Source: an uncultured Gammaproteobacteria bacterium (GTDB lineage Bacteria; Patescibacteriota; Microgenomatia; JALYQM01). Taken from it: a DNA stretch of 64,000 nt. A program made the position numbers and the translations under genes. Below the pieces are notes generated by a model, which did no database searches, was not told the origin of the DNA, and was given only the letters and a program-made list of their open reading frames with translations. The DNA lies in contig CAZHTP010000001.1 of assembly GCA_964535655.1 (NCBI GenBank), forward strand, positions 98,573 to 162,572. Reading direction: 5' to 3'. Below are positions 9,635-19,607 of the stretch, one piece after another (position 1 is the first letter of the stretch; every line of letters begins with the position of its first letter).

Positions 9635-10462
9635 TTATTTTATTCTTCGCGGCCCACCACCTCTGACAACAGGAACAGGTAATTTTTCTTTTAGGATGTG
9701 ACGCGCTGTAAGCATTTCAGGGATATCATGTTGTGAAGCAAACAACAGTCTTCCAGCGGCCGTTCTGTGATTATCGTTTTTGAAAACTTCAAAATTTGGA
9801 CTTTTTAATTCATTATCACACCCTGATAGGACAAAAGTTTTTCGCTGTGATCTTTCCCGATTACTATTACCTGACCCAACTGTTATACAAAATGATCCTT
9901 CAGGTTTCAGGAAAGCAGCGAGTCGTGCAATCGCAGATCGTTTATCGGGATCGTCTTTCTGGGCAAATTGGCGAAATACTTCAGGATCCGCTCGATTGAT
10001 AACGATCGTATCAAAAGGAGTTCCATGATATGTATCAGTAAAGCCACGTATGCCGAGCTCGTAATGATGAAGTGTTGTGGGAGCAATAATTGGACTTAAG
10101 GACTTTATGAGATCTTCTATATCAGTTCGCGGATCGAATGATATTGCGGAGCCAACTTTAAAGCGAGCTGATTCCTCTATATTTCCTGGTACGTCTATCG
10201 TTATTTTTGCCATTAGCGTTTTAAATGCATCTGGACGATAGGCAACTCGTAGCCAATAATCTGAGGGTGGCTCTACATAAAATGCAGAAACTTCATCTAA
10301 TGCTAACCCAGCTCCTACAAATAACGCATTTCCACCTCTTTTTATCTTTCCCATGAGTTCAAGTGTTCTAAATGCGCGATAAAAGGTATGCATTCCAGGA
10401 AATCTTAGATAGGCTTCCGCTTCTTGATGGATTAGGCTGTACTTTCTGCGGCTGCTATCCAT
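9635..10462 (-). CDS. Hypothetical protein, possible class I SAM-methyltransferase fold
   Basis: ALFVGAG (motif I-like), FDTIVI and LKPEGSFCI resemble SAM-MTase motifs. Confidence 0.5.
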   Translation of the reverse strand: MDSSRRKYSLIHQEAEAYLRFPGMHTFYRAFRTLELMGKIKRGGNALFVGAGLALDEVSAFYVEPPSDYWLRVAYRPDAFKTLMAKITIDVPGNIEESARFKVGSAISFDPRTDIEDLIKSLSPIIAPTTLHHYELGIRGFTDTYHGTPFDTIVINRADPEVFRQFAQKDDPDKRSAIARLAAFLKPEGSFCITVGSGNSNRERSQRKTFVLSGCDNELKSPNFEVFKNDNHRTAAGRLLFASQHDIPEMLTARHILKEKLPVPVVRGGGPRRIK

Positions 10463-10650
10463 TGTGCCTTCTCTATGGGTAGCGGTGTAGCATCAGCTAT
10501 CGTTCGCAGTGATTGTACTTGATCGATAGGTATTGCTTTCTGGATTTCGGCCTGAATTACTAAATCATTTTCATGGCGAAATTTTTCTTTAGTGGCTCTT
10601 ACCTCAGTAGGGAGGTGCCGCATACTATTTCTTACAAATTCTGCACTCAT
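10432..10650 (-). CDS. Small hypothetical protein
   Basis: 72-aa ORF filling the gap and overlapping the next minus-strand gene. No recognisable motif. Confidence 0.4.
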   Translation of the reverse strand: MSAEFVRNSMRHLPTEVRATKEKFRHENDLVIQAEIQKAIPIDQVQSLRTIADATPLPIEKAQWIAAAESTA

Positions 10651-10707
10651 TTGCGAATTATACTATAGGTCTTTATATAATTCAATACTTTGTGTTATAC
10701 TTTTTGG

Positions 10708-11298
10708 GTGGAATTGGTTCAAAATATCCTTAAAAAAGAAGAAAAACGACAATTTGTGTATAGTTGGTTTGGCGATGACAATCGCGAGGACCAGCATGAA
10801 ATCGTGTTGGAAGGGGATAATAGTGAAGTGGATGTTTATGGTATATTCTACGGTCATGACGCTTCAACCTTTAAAAGTAACGTGCGAGTTGTTCATAAAG
10901 GGCTAAATACTCGGGCAAACGTGTTTGCCTGCGGGGTCGTTGTTGATCGTTCATTTTTGGATTTCTCGGGGATGCTGAGGGTTGAGCATGGAGCTAAAGG
11001 TACTCGGACATTTTTTAGAGCAAATTTGATGATTCTTTCGCCTAAGGCTGCTGCCAATACGTTTCCTGGGCTTGAGATTGAGGAGAATGATATTGCGCAC
11101 GGTGGACACGCAGCAACGGTAGGTAAGGTTAACGAAGAGCAGATGTTTTATTTAATGAGTAGAGGCTTAACTGAATCTGAGTCTAAAAAAATTGTAATCC
11201 AGGGGTTTTTTGAACCGGTATTGAGTAAAATTGAGGAAGATGAACAAGGTGCGTTGCGAAGTAAATTAAATTCGTTACTTGAAACGTACTATTTATGA
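10708..11298 (+). CDS. Short SufD/SufB-family protein (C-terminal beta-helix part; start uncertain)
   Basis: FSGMLRVEHGAKGT, ANTFPGLEIEENDI..GHAATVGKVNEEQMFYLMSRGL.E.E.KKIVIQGF. Confidence 0.85.
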   Translation: MELVQNILKKEEKRQFVYSWFGDDNREDQHEIVLEGDNSEVDVYGIFYGHDASTFKSNVRVVHKGLNTRANVFACGVVVDRSFLDFSGMLRVEHGAKGTRTFFRANLMILSPKAAANTFPGLEIEENDIAHGGHAATVGKVNEEQMFYLMSRGLTESESKKIVIQGFFEPVLSKIEEDEQGALRSKLNSLLETYYL

Positions 11299-12500
11299 GA
11301 AATTTTCGTGAAGACTTTCCATTGTTACAGAATAGAGAGGTTGTCTTTTTGGATTCAGCGGCGAGTGCACAAAAGCCGAAACCAGTAATTGAGGCGATGG
11401 TTGATGTAATGGAGAGGCATTATGCGAATGTTAATCGCGGCGTATATACCTTGTCTGAAGAGGTCACGGTGCTTGTTGAAGAATCACGAGCTACAGTGCA
11501 GAAATTTATTAATGCAACCCAACCAGAAGAAATCATATTTACCAGAAATACAACGGAATCAATTAATTTGATAATGTATACATGGGCGCGGAAAAATTTT
11601 GTTAAAGGCGATATTGTCGTGATTACGGAAATGGAACATCACTCGAATATTGTTCCCTGGCAAATGTTACGAGATGAAATTGGTGTTGAGCTTGTTTGGA
11701 TTCCTGTGAATGACGAAGGGTACTTGGCATGGGAAGAGTTTAAAACGCGAGATACTTCACGGATTAAGTTAATTTGTGTGACTCATGTTTCCAATGTTTT
11801 AGGCACTATAAATCCAATTAAAGAAATTGCCTCCTGGACTCATGCCATTGGTGCCAAAATTTTAGTTGATGGCGCCCAAGGGGTTACAAATATTCCTGTT
11901 GATGTGCAAGATCTTGATGTGGATTGGTATGCGTTTTCGGGGCACAAGTTATATGGACCGAGTGGGGTTGGCGTTCTCTATGGAAAGACTGACTTATTGG
12001 GTGAGATGCAGCCATTTTTAGGGGGCGGCGATATGATCTTAGAGGTCACAAAAGAAAAGACAACGTATAAGGAGCCACCGCATAAGTTTGAAGCAGGAAC
12101 TCCAGCAATTGTTGAAATTATAGGATTAGGTGCTGCAATTGATTATGTTTTGGCAATTGGGATGGATGTAATTCGTGAACATAATTTAGAATTGACGACA
12201 TATGCTATTGGGAAGTTGAACCACATTGAAGGCGTTAAATTGTATGGTCCTTCAAAAGTAGAACATAAGGGTGGAGTGATTGCATTTTCAATGGAAGGAA
12301 TTCATCCGCATGATATTGCAACTATTCTTAATGAAAACTCGATTGCGATTCGAAGTGGGCATCATTGTGCACAACCCTTATGTGACCGAATGGGACAGTC
12401 AGCACTAGCGCGAGTGAGCTTTGGAATCTATAACACTAAGGAAGAAATCGATTTGCTTATTACTGGATTACAACAGGTACGATCTGTATTTAAACTATAA
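11295..12500 (+). CDS. sufS: Cysteine desulfurase SufS
   Basis: FLDSAASAQKP, FTRNTTESIN, EHHSNIVPW, FSGHKLYGP, RSGHHCAQPL. Confidence 0.97.
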   Translation: MRNFREDFPLLQNREVVFLDSAASAQKPKPVIEAMVDVMERHYANVNRGVYTLSEEVTVLVEESRATVQKFINATQPEEIIFTRNTTESINLIMYTWARKNFVKGDIVVITEMEHHSNIVPWQMLRDEIGVELVWIPVNDEGYLAWEEFKTRDTSRIKLICVTHVSNVLGTINPIKEIASWTHAIGAKILVDGAQGVTNIPVDVQDLDVDWYAFSGHKLYGPSGVGVLYGKTDLLGEMQPFLGGGDMILEVTKEKTTYKEPPHKFEAGTPAIVEIIGLGAAIDYVLAIGMDVIREHNLELTTYAIGKLNHIEGVKLYGPSKVEHKGGVIAFSMEGIHPHDIATILNENSIAIRSGHHCAQPLCDRMGQSALARVSFGIYNTKEEIDLLITGLQQVRSVFKL

Positions 12501-12502
12501 AA

Positions 12503-12868
12503 ATGAATTTATACCAAGACGAAATTCTCGATCATTATAAACATCCTCATAATAAAAAGCGTCTTAGTGATGTTACCGATTCTGTTGAGGCGGTTAATCC
12601 GTTATGCGGTGATAAGCTTGGACTTGATGTTAAAATTCTTGACGGAGTGATTTGTGAGGCTGGGTATTGGGGAGAGGGGTGTGCAATTTCGCAAGCTTCG
12701 ATGTCGATGCTTAGTGATGAGCTAATCGGCATGAAAGTTGTTGATTTGGAGGGAATTACGCAAGAGACAATTTTAGAAATGTTGGGAGTTTCCGTTGGAC
12801 CGTCTCGGTTAAAATGTGCTTTACTTCCGCTTACTCTGGTTCAAAAGATTCTCAAGAATTTGCATTGA
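12503..12868 (+). CDS. sufU: SufU/NifU-N sulfur-transfer/scaffold protein
   Basis: LYQDEILDHYKHP, NPLCGD, GCAISQAS, RLKCALL. Confidence 0.93.
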   Translation: MNLYQDEILDHYKHPHNKKRLSDVTDSVEAVNPLCGDKLGLDVKILDGVICEAGYWGEGCAISQASMSMLSDELIGMKVVDLEGITQETILEMLGVSVGPSRLKCALLPLTLVQKILKNLH

Positions 12869-12904
12869 TTAGGTATAGTATATTTGGTATAGTTATGGAG
12901 CTTT

Positions 12905-13168
12905 ATGGGAAAACTTGTTAAAAAAGTAAAAATTGATCAAAGTATGTGTATTGGTGCGGGAACGTGCGTTGTTCTCGACCCGAACGGTTTTTTGCTCGAT
13001 GCGGAAAATAAAGCAGTATATAAAGATCCGGAAAATCCCGGTGTAACTCTTGTTGAATATGAATTTCCTCAGCCGGTCGATAATTTTGACCTGGTTCAGG
13101 CAGCTGAAGGATGTCCGGTTCAATGTATATATTTATATGATGAAAACGGGGAACAAATTTTTCCTTAG
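12905..13168 (+). CDS. Single-cluster ferredoxin, probably [3Fe-4S]
   Basis: CIGAGTC (CxxAxxC) plus distal AAEGCPVQCI. Confidence 0.85.
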   Translation: MGKLVKKVKIDQSMCIGAGTCVVLDPNGFLLDAENKAVYKDPENPGVTLVEYEFPQPVDNFDLVQAAEGCPVQCIYLYDENGEQIFP

Positions 13169-13188
13169 TTTTAGAAAGGACTAATGCT

Positions 13189-14013
13189 GTGAGCGAACAT
13201 GATATTGATAAAAAGGATGCTGTAGTAGGCGCATCGGAGGAGCAGAAATCAACTCCTGTTATTCACCAGAATATAAATCGTGGTGGATTTTTAAATGGCG
13301 GGTGGCCAACGACATTACTATTCCTCATTGCTTTCTTTGTCGTTAGTTATTCCCTTGGGGTTGTAATTGAGCGGAATAATAAAATTACAACAGGTGGTGG
13401 AACTGGAACTCAGGCTGCAGGCAATAGAAATTTTACTATTACTGGCTTTAAGAAAGCTGCATCTGATTTGAAGCTGGATACTAAGAAGTTTAATGCCTGT
13501 CTTGATTCAGGAAAGTATGCGGCTGATGTTAAGAAAGATTCTGACGAAGGTATTTCACTTGGTATTAATGGAACTCCATCGTTTGTTATTAACGGGGTTG
13601 CACTTGTGGGCGCACAGCCTTTGACGGTATTTCAGCAGATTTTACAAGGATCGCCAATAGTTATGGATCCGGAGGCAACTACTTCGGCAGGAATGGCTGA
13701 CGGAAAGAAGGTGACAGGAACGATTGCAATGGATAATGTTCGAATGAGAGGAGATAAAAATGCCCCTATAACTATTGTTGAATATTCGGATTTTCAATGC
13801 CCTTACTGTGGTCGATTTTATCAGGATACTTATCGTAAGATTGATGAAGAATTTATAAAAACAGGTAAAGCTAAAATTGTATTTAAAGATTTTCCTCTTT
13901 CTATTCATCCTCAAGCTTCTAAAGCTGCGGAAGCAGCACGTTGCGCACAGGAACAGGGTAAGTTTTGGGAGATGCACGACAAATTATTTGAACTTCAGTT
14001 GAGTTCGACCTAA
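13189..14013 (+). CDS. Membrane-anchored DsbA-family thiol-disulfide oxidoreductase, circularly permuted
   Basis: One TM segment (about aa 41-60). GINGTPSFVING (aa 125-136) comes before APITIVEYSDFQCPYC (aa 192-207). Confidence 0.88.
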   Translation: MSEHDIDKKDAVVGASEEQKSTPVIHQNINRGGFLNGGWPTTLLFLIAFFVVSYSLGVVIERNNKITTGGGTGTQAAGNRNFTITGFKKAASDLKLDTKKFNACLDSGKYAADVKKDSDEGISLGINGTPSFVINGVALVGAQPLTVFQQILQGSPIVMDPEATTSAGMADGKKVTGTIAMDNVRMRGDKNAPITIVEYSDFQCPYCGRFYQDTYRKIDEEFIKTGKAKIVFKDFPLSIHPQASKAAEAARCAQEQGKFWEMHDKLFELQLSST

Positions 14014-14036
14014 ATTAAAGTTCAATGTGAATAATT

Positions 14037-14067
14037 AAGCCTGGATATTTTTATTCAGGCTTTTTTT
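14037..14067 (+). terminator. Intrinsic terminator
   Basis: aagcctggat-loop-attcaggctt followed by a T-run. Confidence 0.8.
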
Positions 14068-14146
14068 GAACTGTCCTTATTGCGATGGCTGTAAGTGTTT
14101 GGGTAAATAGTAGCAAATAAGGTATAATGAGAGCTGAGGTGCTATT

Positions 14147-15310
14147 ATGCGCATTTGTATCGACATCTCTCAGACTGTCTATGAAGGTAGCGGAAGTGGT
14201 CGCTATGTTGTGGAGTTGGTTAAAGAGCTTTTAGCTCAAGATCAGACAAACGAGTACGTCCTTTTTGGAAGCGCGATGCGTCGACGATCTCAGCTTGTTT
14301 CTTTTGTTGCATTGCTTAAAGAACAATTTCCCAAAAGTCATATTACGCCGAAACTATTTTATTTCCCGCCAAAATTTTTTGAAATAGTATGGAATCGTTT
14401 ACATATTCTTCCGCTTGAGTTTTTTACTGGGCGAGTTGATGTATACCATTCTTCAGATTGGGTGGAAGCTTTGAGTAAAGCAAAGCGTGTAACAACGGTT
14501 CATGATTTAATTCCCTTTTTGTATCCGGTATTTGTTCATCCGCGGATTCGAGAGGCGCATATACTGCGGTGGAAACGAATTCTTGCTGAGGAAGATTGTG
14601 TTATTGTCGATGCAGAAATTACTAAGAAAGATATTATTTCGCGATTTTCTTTTCCAGCAGAAAAAATCGCCGTAATACCCTTGGCTTGTGATGCCCGTTT
14701 TTTCGAGATAGGTGAAAAGCGAATTCAGGGTTTGTTGAAAACTGACGCTCAATTGATAGAAGTACTTACCAGCTATAACTTAAATTTTGATTCGTATATT
14801 TTGTGTGTTGGTACCCTAGAACCACGAAAAAATATTCAGCGATTAATTCAGGCGTATTCACAACTTGATGTGAATTTTCGAGAAAAATTTCCGCTTGTTG
14901 TCGTTGGTAAAAAGGGATGGAGTTCTGATTTTGACTCTCGCGATAACGTAAGCTTTACCGGGTATGTTGCCGATACTGACTTACCGTATCTGTATGGTGG
15001 CGCAAAATGTTTTGTGATGCCAAGTTATTATGAAGGGTTTGGGCTTCCTGTCCTTGAGGCGATGGCCAGTGGAGCTCCGGTCATTTGTTCAAATATTTCA
15101 TCACTTCCAGAAATTGGTGGGGAAGAGGTCCATTATATTGAAGATCCTGAAAGTATTGAATCGATCAGACTTATTTTATCTCATGTATTGGTAAGCCCTA
15201 TTGAAGAACTATCATTAGTAGCAAAAAGTGCTTATACTCGATCTAAGACCTTTTCTTGGCAGAAAACAGCTGAGAGAACGCGTGAGATTTATAATAATTT
15301 AGTTAATTAA
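14147..15310 (+). CDS. Glycosyltransferase family 4 (GT-B)
   Basis: [32 protein letters not shown]. Confidence 0.93.
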   Translation: MRICIDISQTVYEGSGSGRYVVELVKELLAQDQTNEYVLFGSAMRRRSQLVSFVALLKEQFPKSHITPKLFYFPPKFFEIVWNRLHILPLEFFTGRVDVYHSSDWVEALSKAKRVTTVHDLIPFLYPVFVHPRIREAHILRWKRILAEEDCVIVDAEITKKDIISRFSFPAEKIAVIPLACDARFFEIGEKRIQGLLKTDAQLIEVLTSYNLNFDSYILCVGTLEPRKNIQRLIQAYSQLDVNFREKFPLVVVGKKGWSSDFDSRDNVSFTGYVADTDLPYLYGGAKCFVMPSYYEGFGLPVLEAMASGAPVICSNISSLPEIGGEEVHYIEDPESIESIRLILSHVLVSPIEELSLVAKSAYTRSKTFSWQKTAERTREIYNNLVN

Positions 15311-15323
15311 ACGGATATTATAT

Positions 15324-16454
15324 ATGAAAATCGGAATTGATGGTAATGAAGCGAATATAGCCGATAGAGTAGGTAGTGGTATGTATGCATACCAAGTTTT
15401 GAAGCATCTTTATGAGCTTGATACCTGGAATGAATATACGATCTATCTTAAACATGCTCCTATACGAGACATGCCCAATGAACGTAAAAACTGGAAATAC
15501 GTGGTATTGGGCCCAGAAAAATTGTGGACTCAATTTGCACTTCCTTTAAGGTTATTTATTGACGGGCGTAAGCTTGATGTATTTTTTTCTCCAGGACATT
15601 ATGCTCCTCGTTTTTGTCCTTGTAAGACAGTTATCTCTGTTCTTGATACTGCATATCTGCGTTTCCCTGAGTACTTTAAGAAAAGTGATTTAATGCAACT
15701 AAAGTCTTGGTCGAAATATAGCATAAAGAAAGCTGCTCATGTTTTAACTATTTCAGAATCATCAAAACAAGATATTGTTAAATTTTATGGTACAGATCCA
15801 AACAAGGTTACTGTTACTTATCTTGGCTTTGACACTGAGACATTTAAACCTGTTGAGAACGAAGAAAAAATTAAAAAAATCCTTGATAAATATGGATTTA
15901 AGCGGCCGTATATATTGTATTTAGGGACACTACAACCGCGAAAAAACATCGTCCGATTAATTCAAGCTTTTAAGGATCTTATTACTCAGGAAAGTTACAC
16001 TCAGCTTGGCTTAAAGTTAGTAATCGTTGGGAAAAAAGGGTGGTTATATCAGGAGATTTTTGCGGAAGTAAAGAAATTGCAGTTAGAAGATGTTGTCGTG
16101 TTTACCGGGTATATTACTGATGATGAAAAACCGGCAATTCTTTCGGGAGCGCTACTATATACGCTCCCTTCGTTATATGAAGGATTTGGAATTCCTGTTT
16201 TGGAAGCGATGGCGTGTGGAACACCTGTTGTTGTTTCACGAATTTCATCCCTGCCTGAAGTAGTAGGTGAATATGGGGTTCTTGTTGATCCGTATAATGT
16301 AAAGAGTATTAGTGGTGGACTAAAATTGTTGGTAAAAGATGTTGATTTACGTGAACAATTGAAAAAAAATGGATTGCAGTGGGTTAAACAATTTGATTGG
16401 ATGCACACCGCTCGTACAACTCTTGCGGTATTAGAATCTTATAGAAAAGAGTAA
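15324..16454 (+). CDS. Glycosyltransferase family 4 (GT-B)
   Basis: LGTLQPRKN, PSLYEGFGIPVLEAMACG. Confidence 0.93.
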   Translation: MKIGIDGNEANIADRVGSGMYAYQVLKHLYELDTWNEYTIYLKHAPIRDMPNERKNWKYVVLGPEKLWTQFALPLRLFIDGRKLDVFFSPGHYAPRFCPCKTVISVLDTAYLRFPEYFKKSDLMQLKSWSKYSIKKAAHVLTISESSKQDIVKFYGTDPNKVTVTYLGFDTETFKPVENEEKIKKILDKYGFKRPYILYLGTLQPRKNIVRLIQAFKDLITQESYTQLGLKLVIVGKKGWLYQEIFAEVKKLQLEDVVVFTGYITDDEKPAILSGALLYTLPSLYEGFGIPVLEAMACGTPVVVSRISSLPEVVGEYGVLVDPYNVKSISGGLKLLVKDVDLREQLKKNGLQWVKQFDWMHTARTTLAVLESYRKE

Positions 16455-16464
16455 GTGAGGTACT

Positions 16465-17061
16465 ATGTTTACTGACAAAGATGGCAATCAATTATCTACT
16501 GATGTTGCTTTGAAGAAAATCATTCGCCGTTTTTATTCCTACGGGGAAGACTTTTCTCTCATGCTTTTGACGCTTATTGGTTATGTTCCTTCTCATTTTG
16601 TGCGTAAATTCTTTTATAGACTGGCAGGAATCGCGATTGGTCAAAAAAGCTTTATCCATATGGGAGCCCGTTTCTACGATACGACCCGTATCAGTATTGG
16701 AGATGGAACTATAATTGGGTATCGCTGTTTCTTAGATGGCCGAGATACGCTAACGATTGGAAATCATGTGGATATTGCAAGCGAGGTAATGATTTATAAT
16801 TCAGAGCATGATCACCATGCCTCAGACTTCCATGCAATCAATGCACCTGTTACTATAGAAGACTATGTGTTTATTGGGCCCCGTTCAATTATCTTACCTG
16901 GCGTTCGCATAGGTAGAGGGGTGATTGTAGCGGCAGGAGCGGTTGTAACAAAGGATGTACCGGCATTGTCGATCGTTGGTGGTGTACCAGCTAAACAGAT
17001 TGGGACACGAAATGTATCTGAGTTAGCATATAAATTAGGGCGTCCGAGGTTATTTCAATAA
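16465..17061 (+). CDS. Hexapeptide-repeat O-acetyltransferase
   Basis: Left-handed beta-helix repeats; [30 protein letters not shown]...VGGVPAK. Confidence 0.92.
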   Translation: MFTDKDGNQLSTDVALKKIIRRFYSYGEDFSLMLLTLIGYVPSHFVRKFFYRLAGIAIGQKSFIHMGARFYDTTRISIGDGTIIGYRCFLDGRDTLTIGNHVDIASEVMIYNSEHDHHASDFHAINAPVTIEDYVFIGPRSIILPGVRIGRGVIVAAGAVVTKDVPALSIVGGVPAKQIGTRNVSELAYKLGRPRLFQ

Positions 17062-17062
17062 T

Positions 17063-18019
17063 ATGTTTGATGTATCGATACTAATCGTTAATTTTAATAC
17101 GCGTGAACTTACAATGAAGCTCCTTGAGAGTGTCTTTAAGTATACGCGTGGAGTTACCTATGAAGTTATTGTTATTGATAATGCTTCTGAAGATAAAAGT
17201 GTTGCAGAAATTAAGCGAAAATACCGTAATAAAGTTACCGTTATTAAAAATAAAGAGAACGTTGGATTTGGGGCTGCTAATAATCAAGGGATGGCGATTG
17301 CTCAAGGACGATATTTCTGTTTATTGAATTCAGACACCTTACTTATTGGAAATGTATTTGAGAAAATGATCGAGTGGTTCGATCAGAATACCTTTGTTCC
17401 TATTAAAAGCTCCCGTAAAATTAATCCCGAGGAATTTAATTTATCATCTCTTCCGCATGGCACCGTTAAGCGGTATCCGATTGGATTGATTGGTTGCAAA
17501 TTGCTTAATTCTGATCGTACCGAACAATATAGTATTAAGCGATTCCCGACACTCGCAACAATGTTTGGTAATTTATTTTTATCCCGGCTTATTCGTCCAA
17601 CTATGCCTGATAAGATTACCGAGGTAGATTATGTGATGGGGGCCTTTATGCTTTTAAAGCGTGAGGTGTATGAACGAGTAGGTGGGTTTGATGAGCGCAT
17701 TTTTATGTATGTAGAAGAGACTGATTGGTGCTATCGAATACGAAAACATGGCTTTAGTGTGGTATACTGGCCTGATGCGGCGATAATTCATTATGGTGGT
17801 AGTAGTGCTATTCGTGGCCGTCGGGATCAAGTGTTAAATGCCTTTAAAGGATATCGTTATTTTTATAAAAAACATTATAGCAAAGCGATGTATTCTTGGC
17901 TTATGGCACAATTGAGATTAAAGTCCTATGTATCGTATGTGTTTGGGCGATTAACGGGAAATAAATATCTGGTCAACACCTACCGTGAAGCGTTGAAAGA
18001 TTTACATGATGGAAAGTAA
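17063..18019 (+). CDS. Glycosyltransferase family 2
   Basis: SILIVNFNT, VIDNASED, NVGFGAANN, LLNSD, GGFDERIFMYVEETD. Confidence 0.93.
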   Translation: MFDVSILIVNFNTRELTMKLLESVFKYTRGVTYEVIVIDNASEDKSVAEIKRKYRNKVTVIKNKENVGFGAANNQGMAIAQGRYFCLLNSDTLLIGNVFEKMIEWFDQNTFVPIKSSRKINPEEFNLSSLPHGTVKRYPIGLIGCKLLNSDRTEQYSIKRFPTLATMFGNLFLSRLIRPTMPDKITEVDYVMGAFMLLKREVYERVGGFDERIFMYVEETDWCYRIRKHGFSVVYWPDAAIIHYGGSSAIRGRRDQVLNAFKGYRYFYKKHYSKAMYSWLMAQLRLKSYVSYVFGRLTGNKYLVNTYREALKDLHDGK

Positions 18020-19607
18020 AATAACGTCGAACTATAAACGAGTTCTTGAGTGGATTGTTCTTGGATTACTGGTTTTTATCCCTCTTTATCCTAAATTACC
18101 TTTATTTGATGTTGCTTTTACCTGGACGTATATCAGGCTTGAAGATGTTTTTGTTGCGATTTCGTATGTGGCACTTTTTATAGCACTTCTGACAAGGAAA
18201 ACCTCTGTTCGTAACTTTTTATTAAAACCAATTGTTTTATTCTGGATAATTGGTCTACTTTCTACCGTTGTAGCTTTACTAACTCTTGGTAGACAAGATA
18301 ATTGGGCTATTTTTAAACCTCATTTAATTGTATTGAATTATCTTCGTCGTTTTGAATATCTTGGTGTGTTGTTTCTTGCGGTTGCTGCTTTTTCAGATAG
18401 AAAAGGAGTAAAAAGAGCAGCGATTGCGTTACTTGTTGGTATGGTGGGAGTGATACTGTATGGATTTGGTCAAAAATACGCTGGTTTTTGTAGCTATCTT
18501 ACTATGAATGAGGAGTTTGCGAAAGGAACGTGCATTCCGCTTCAGCCAGGAACTCGTGTTTCGGCAACTTTTGGAGGCCATTATGATTTAGCTGGATATC
18601 TGGTTTTTGTCTTACCAATTGTTATTAGCATGGTTTTTGTAGTTAAATCGACATTCTGGAAACTCTTTTTAAGCACAGTAACCCTGTTTGGATTTTTCTT
18701 GCTTCTTTTGACTTCATCTCGAATTTCTTTTCCTGCTGTTATCGCCGCTTTAGGCATAGTACTCGCAATTAATGTCAAGAATAAGAAAAAATTATTTATA
18801 GGTTTCTGCGTGATTGCTGTTTTAACCTTGATTTTTGGAAGAACAACTATTGTTGATCGCCTGGGTAAAACGATTAGAGTTAAGCAAGTGACGGTTGATA
18901 TGTCGACTGGCAGAATATTAGAGCAGCCGACTACACACAAAGACTGGGCAGGACTTCCCGAAAGTGATCGGGCAATTATTTTGCCGTTTCTGAAAGGTGA
19001 AGCTACCCCGTCTGCTTTTATAGTTTCTAAGCATGAGAAGGGAAGCCAAGATGAAATTCCTGTTTCAACTGAATCTGGCGTAAAGCGGAATACTGTTGAA
19101 GTTCCTCAAGCAGGGACAATTGAGCAAATCGGGTCTGATAAAAAAGAGATTATTGAAGAAGTGCGGGAAGTAAGAGGCAGATACGAACTAAAATACGCGT
19201 TAGTGTTGGATATCTCTTTTACCACTCGCTTTGATGGAGAATGGCCTCATGCAATGACTGCATTTTTATCTCATCCTATACTCGGGCAAGGGTATTCAAC
19301 GGTTACTGCCGCTGTTGATAGCAGTTATATTCGGGCATTAGCAGAAGTAGGCCTTCTGGGATTTGTAAGTTTCTTTGCTATTTTATTGATCTTTCTCAAG
19401 CGTTCGTTTGATTATGTTTTGAGATCGAAGGATCTGTTTTATAGAATGTTTGTTACTGGAGTTGCCTCTGGTGTTATTGGCCTTCTCATAAATGGATTAC
19501 TTATCGATATTTTTGAGGCATCAAAAGTTGCCTTTATGTTGTGGTTGTGTATCGGAGTCTCTGTTTGGATAATGGAGAGAGGTGATTCTCACGCTGACTC
19601 TTTATGA
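18006..19607 (+). CDS. O-antigen ligase/polymerase (Wzy_C)-like membrane protein
   Basis: Many TM helices; RVSATFGGHYDLAGYL, LLLTSSRIS, HPILGQG, YIRALAEVGLLG. Confidence 0.75.
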   Translation: MMESKITSNYKRVLEWIVLGLLVFIPLYPKLPLFDVAFTWTYIRLEDVFVAISYVALFIALLTRKTSVRNFLLKPIVLFWIIGLLSTVVALLTLGRQDNWAIFKPHLIVLNYLRRFEYLGVLFLAVAAFSDRKGVKRAAIALLVGMVGVILYGFGQKYAGFCSYLTMNEEFAKGTCIPLQPGTRVSATFGGHYDLAGYLVFVLPIVISMVFVVKSTFWKLFLSTVTLFGFFLLLLTSSRISFPAVIAALGIVLAINVKNKKKLFIGFCVIAVLTLIFGRTTIVDRLGKTIRVKQVTVDMSTGRILEQPTTHKDWAGLPESDRAIILPFLKGEATPSAFIVSKHEKGSQDEIPVSTESGVKRNTVEVPQAGTIEQIGSDKKEIIEEVREVRGRYELKYALVLDISFTTRFDGEWPHAMTAFLSHPILGQGYSTVTAAVDSSYIRALAEVGLLGFVSFFAILLIFLKRSFDYVLRSKDLFYRMFVTGVASGVIGLLINGLLIDIFEASKVAFMLWLCIGVSVWIMERGDSHADSL

